From an uncultured Bacilli bacterium (GTDB taxonomy: Bacteria; Bacillota_I; Bacilli_A; RF39; UBA660), in contig CARMXJ010000003.1 in assembly GCA_949025205.1 (NCBI GenBank), positions 1 to 62,674 of the forward strand: a stretch of DNA of 62,674 nucleotides, read 5' to 3'. This document shows, piece by piece, positions 60,301-62,674 of the stretch. A model generated the notes under the pieces. The model did no database searches, had not been told where the DNA came from, and saw only the letters and a list, made by a program, of their open reading frames with translations. The stretch's first letter is position 1, and the number at the start of each line of letters is the position of its first letter. Both the position numbers and the translations under genes were made by a program.

Positions 60301-62674
60301 AATATGGCTCTTGTAAGTTTTGCTTATCCCTATACAGAAGAAGGACATGGCGAATACCCATGTATCTTAAATTTGCATGCAACAGAATGGCAATTCTTCC
60401 AAACCGTATTTATAGCAGAAGAAGATTACACAAATGTATACTTAAGTTTTCTAGCACAAAATAACGCCAATGATTTATATATTACAAACATCACTCTAAC
60501 CAAAGACCTAGAAAATACTTCCTACCAATACGATGAAAAAGGAAACCTAATTGCAACAAATAACAAAAACAAAGGTGTATCAGAATTTAAATACGACAAA
60601 AATAACCAACTAACAAGCATGTTTGAACCAAAAGGCAATAGTTTTAATTTCGAATATGATAATAAAGATACTTCTAAAGTATTACAAGGAATTTCTAAAA
60701 AAGGGATTTCTAACAAAATTAAATATGATGAAAATAATAATCCTATAAAAACCATTATTCAAAACAATGAGACAACAGAATTAAATGACCATTATTTCTT
60801 TATAAGATCAAAAGGAACAAACAAATATATATTTGCAAATTTTGATACCATGGAGCTTGAACTAAAAGAGGTGGCATGTTCAAAAGATACCTGGGGATTT
60901 TCCAAAGGAAGAGATAGTGACAATTATGTTATTAAAAGTGGAATTATCCCCTTTTATTTGATAGTTAATGGAAGTATGAAAGTAAAAATAGCAAAGATAG
61001 GAGCACTGTTTTCTATAGAAAAAGAAGAAAATGGCAGTTACACTTTTGGAATCATGAGAACTGATGGCATTCGTCAATGTATAACCATCACAACAGAAGG
61101 ATTCAAAATAGAAAAATACGACAAAGACAATGAAAACCAACAATTCTATTTAGAACCATTTGAAAGTAAAGAATATATAGAAACAACGGCTAGTTATACG
61201 AGCAATGGCAAATTTATAAAAACAACTACTGATGCCTTAGGAAAAGTAACAGAATATGATATTGATGCTACTACTGGATTAACCAAAAGTATTACAGACC
61301 CAAAAGGAGAAACAACCTATTATACTTATAACGCTAAAGAACAAATCACCAAAGTAGAAAAAGAGAATAAAGCCACAAGTTACACCTATAATGAACAAGA
61401 TTTACTAGAAAAAATTACTTGTAACAATAAAGAATACAACTTCACATATGATGAATTCTTAAACGCAAAAGAAGTTAGTATTAACAACCAAGTATTAGTC
61501 ACCAACGAATACGAAGAAAACAATGGAAATCTAATCTCTGCAAACTATGGAAATAATACCAATATCTCTTATACTTATGATGAACTTGATAGAATAAAAA
61601 CACTCACCAAAAACAATAAAGTCTATCAATATAAGTACGATAACCAAAACAATCTAGCTAAAATCACCCAAAATAACGATACCTATAACTTTTACTACGA
61701 CTTTGCAGAACGTTTAAGTAGATACGAGTACAACAACTTTTCTATTGATTATGACTATGACTTAAATAACAACATCACCAAGAAAAAATACAATCTAGAA
61801 AATCAAACACAAGAAATATCTTACACTTATGATGAAGATGATTCCATTATTAAAGTAACTTTAGATAACACCAATCAAAATCTAATCTACGATAAACTAG
61901 GTAGACTAACAAACAAAAATATTGATAACCAACTACCAGTAGAATATGAATACTACAAAAACGGAAACAAAACCTCTCTTGTTTTAAAAAGTATGAAAAT
62001 AGATAATGACTTATACGAATATATCTATGATGCTATCTATAACATAACAGATATCTATAAAAACAAAGAACTCCAAAACCACTACGAATACGATAACTTT
62101 AGTGAACTTATAAAAGAAGACAACTATCAAAATAACAAAACCATAAAATATACTTATGATGCATCTGGAAATATATTAAAAAGAGAAGAATACACTATAA
62201 ACACAGAAGTATTCATTCACCAAGACACTTATGAATACAACAATAACAATTGGAAAGACCAACTAACCAAATATAACGATACCACTCTAACATATGATGC
62301 TATTGGAAATCCACTAACCATTGGGAATGCCAATCTATCCTGGTACGCAAGAGAACTCCAAACCTACCAAAATAACATGTTTAATATAAGCTATTTTTAT
62401 AACAAAGAAGGAATTCGTACCAAAAAAAGAGTCAATAATATAGACACAAACTACTTTCTAGAGAATTCAAATATTATCTTTGAAGAAACAAATGGGAATA
62501 TGTTATACTATATGAGAACTGGTAAAAATGAACTTCTAGGATTCATTTACAACAGTGAAAAGTACTACTACAAGAAAAACTATCAAGGAGATATTATCGG
62601 TATCTATAACCAAGAATATGAACTTATTGCAACCTATGAATACGACTCTTGGGGAAGAATACTTAGTATCAAAG
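57364..62674 (+). CDS. RHS/YD-repeat polymorphic toxin, N-terminal ~1,770 codons (partial; continues beyond the window)
   Basis: ATG 57364 directly abuts the TAA of the upstream gene. It is missing from the ORF track only because no stop is reached. I translated codons 1 to ~530, a block at 60001 and the last codons, all in the same frame. DTYIYPG..NRNNQDKLIVGVD..IYRALIKFNLP is a DNRLRE-like domain. Dozens of YD repeats follow (YTYDELDRIKTL, YKYDNQNNLAKI, YEYDSWGRI), with onset of the RHS core (LTYDAIGNPLTIGN). Confidence 0.9.
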   Translation, partial: MKEIIDLRTPKEKHFLNDDGTYTLYAYDIHFLKNGKYIEKNNTIIEKDNCLTNQDNDFSVTFATNSIDCLLKVNKENQEIKIDLPNKIIEKEITNNQITYKNILPNIDIKYDITNNKVKDTILLKEKNNAFINLKYIIKTNLVLKLEEDGSIQVLNNENRCCFSIAKPTLTDNQNTSYPISYLLEKTENDYLLSFSIQKELLERKDLYPLTIDPSIEVKEENSVIDTYIYPGDEGVNRNNQDKLIVGVDPNGTIYRALIKFNLPTIGTGCDIINAQVNLMSHPELVDGGMFPEEETYLKKPIDVHAINTSWNEETANWNTMHDKINQRIEEYFFGERTIWVHDGYDSLGNIKKGRELTSTSFDITNLVKQWYAGKENNGFMLKLDKETYEDQYREYYFYSKNNNAAIEHQIENPKPFLVISYRNQTGLESYMTYQNISFNQGTSYVNNLTGNITNVFDVNHTLGNKYPIQLSLIYNTNDVVLNNQYNLAKGYKWNYYQTIKEVDFDNVCLEYIDADGTIHYFYKYKETEESEEKIIDEDGLGLTATKEENTYTITDKTNNKMIFTKRGNTYYLTKIINTKEDFITIEYDDNNQIDKLIDGNQEEMNILYEENKITIISNYLSTTLNRSENKIISLANKLGTTSFTYNDTYIINKITDTNGKKTIFSYYPMSPYRLKRVAELGLNNIEGTSLEFTYEYNVTRIKDNKGRINSYTFNDQGNTTGITNLDTDGDFRNGYGILKEYYTDFGGTAPHLKNKLAIETTPAKYTKNYFIDSSFEKGTYPNTTTEEARTGTHSLKIINTYTLNLPQIQEEKNYTFSGYIKTIETENKMALYCGEEKIKEIKIASSNDFKRYSITSELETTKNYSIKITSNGILYMDDVQLEEGEIANYHNLIENSDFKDNFNYWSYYGVDANGNDLENQASIVTLENQIPALKMHCDPQTSHSIDQTLHISGKANDIYRLSFWYKNEGIYAENMANGNMALVSFAYPYTEEGHGEYPCILNLHATEWQFFQTVFIAEEDYTNVYLSFLAQNNANDLYITNITLTKDLENTSYQYDEKGNLIATNNKNKGVSEFKYDKNNQLTSMFEPKGNSFNFEYDNKDTSKVLQGISKKGISNKIKYDENNNPIKTIIQNNETTELNDHYFFIRSKGTNKYIFANFDTMELELKEVACSKDTWGFSKGRDSDNYVIKSGIIPFYLIVNGSMKVKIAKIGALFSIEKEENGSYTFGIMRTDGIRQCITITTEGFKIEKYDKDNENQQFYLEPFESKEYIETTASYTSNGKFIKTTTDALGKVTEYDIDATTGLTKSITDPKGETTYYTYNAKEQITKVEKENKATSYTYNEQDLLEKITCNNKEYNFTYDEFLNAKEVSINNQVLVTNEYEENNGNLISANYGNNTNISYTYDELDRIKTLTKNNKVYQYKYDNQNNLAKITQNNDTYNFYYDFAERLSRYEYNNFSIDYDYDLNNNITKKKYNLENQTQEISYTYDEDDSIIKVTLDNTNQNLIYDKLGRLTNKNIDNQLPVEYEYYKNGNKTSLVLKSMKIDNDLYEYIYDAIYNITDIYKNKELQNHYEYDNFSELIKEDNYQNNKTIKYTYDASGNILKREEYTINTEVFIHQDTYEYNNNNWKDQLTKYNDTTLTYDAIGNPLTIGNANLSWYARELQTYQNNMFNISYFYNKEGIRTKKRVNNIDTNYFLENSNIIFEETNGNMLYYMRTGKNELLGFIYNSEKYYYKKNYQGDIIGIYNQEYELIATYEYDSWGRILSIK

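Overview
Low-GC Bacillota-type chromosomal segment read with the standard code. All calls rest on motif recognition in the supplied ORF translations plus my own reading of intergenic DNA; no database search was run.

Backbone, syntenic with the Bacillus ruvAB-queA-tgt / comN-relA-dtd / hisS-aspS / tcdA-rarA region:
- ruvA, ruvB, queA, tgt
- a SpoVB/MurJ-like flippase, a ComN-like protein, relA, dtd, murE, an ABC-F ATPase
- a T-box-led hisS-asnS-(2 unknown genes)-aspS-gatCAB operon
- a candidate 6S RNA upstream of tcdA
- gpsA, rarA, xerD, zupT

Accessory content:
1. A Gram-positive Tad/Flp pilus operon (152-4973). It is followed by a giant sigma-70 paralogue (5085-9917). Its conserved region 1.2/2.1 junction carries an in-frame TAA. 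Its roughly 1,150-aa C-terminal tail is built from at least 13 region-4-like modules, including three tandem ~230-aa repeats.
2. A 3-gene insert between queA and tgt.
3. Two Doc-like Fic proteins with Gln in place of the catalytic His. One carries a G10 tract.
4. An IS200 element.
5. A lipoprotein gene switched off by a G8 tract.
6. A HerA/FtsK-type ATPase embedded among unknown genes.
7. A cell-wall-remodelling and toxin region (50.2-62.7 kb): membrane-anchored SLT and SGNH enzymes, a stand-alone holin plus M23/ChW endolysin cassette, a phage tail-fibre-like protein, and a signal-peptide-less RHS/YD-repeat toxin gene that starts directly after the fibre gene stop and runs off the window.

Best candidates for something undescribed: the giant repeat-tailed sigma factor next to the Tad locus, and the holin-endolysin / fibre-like / RHS module.

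No rRNA, tRNA or CRISPR array was seen.
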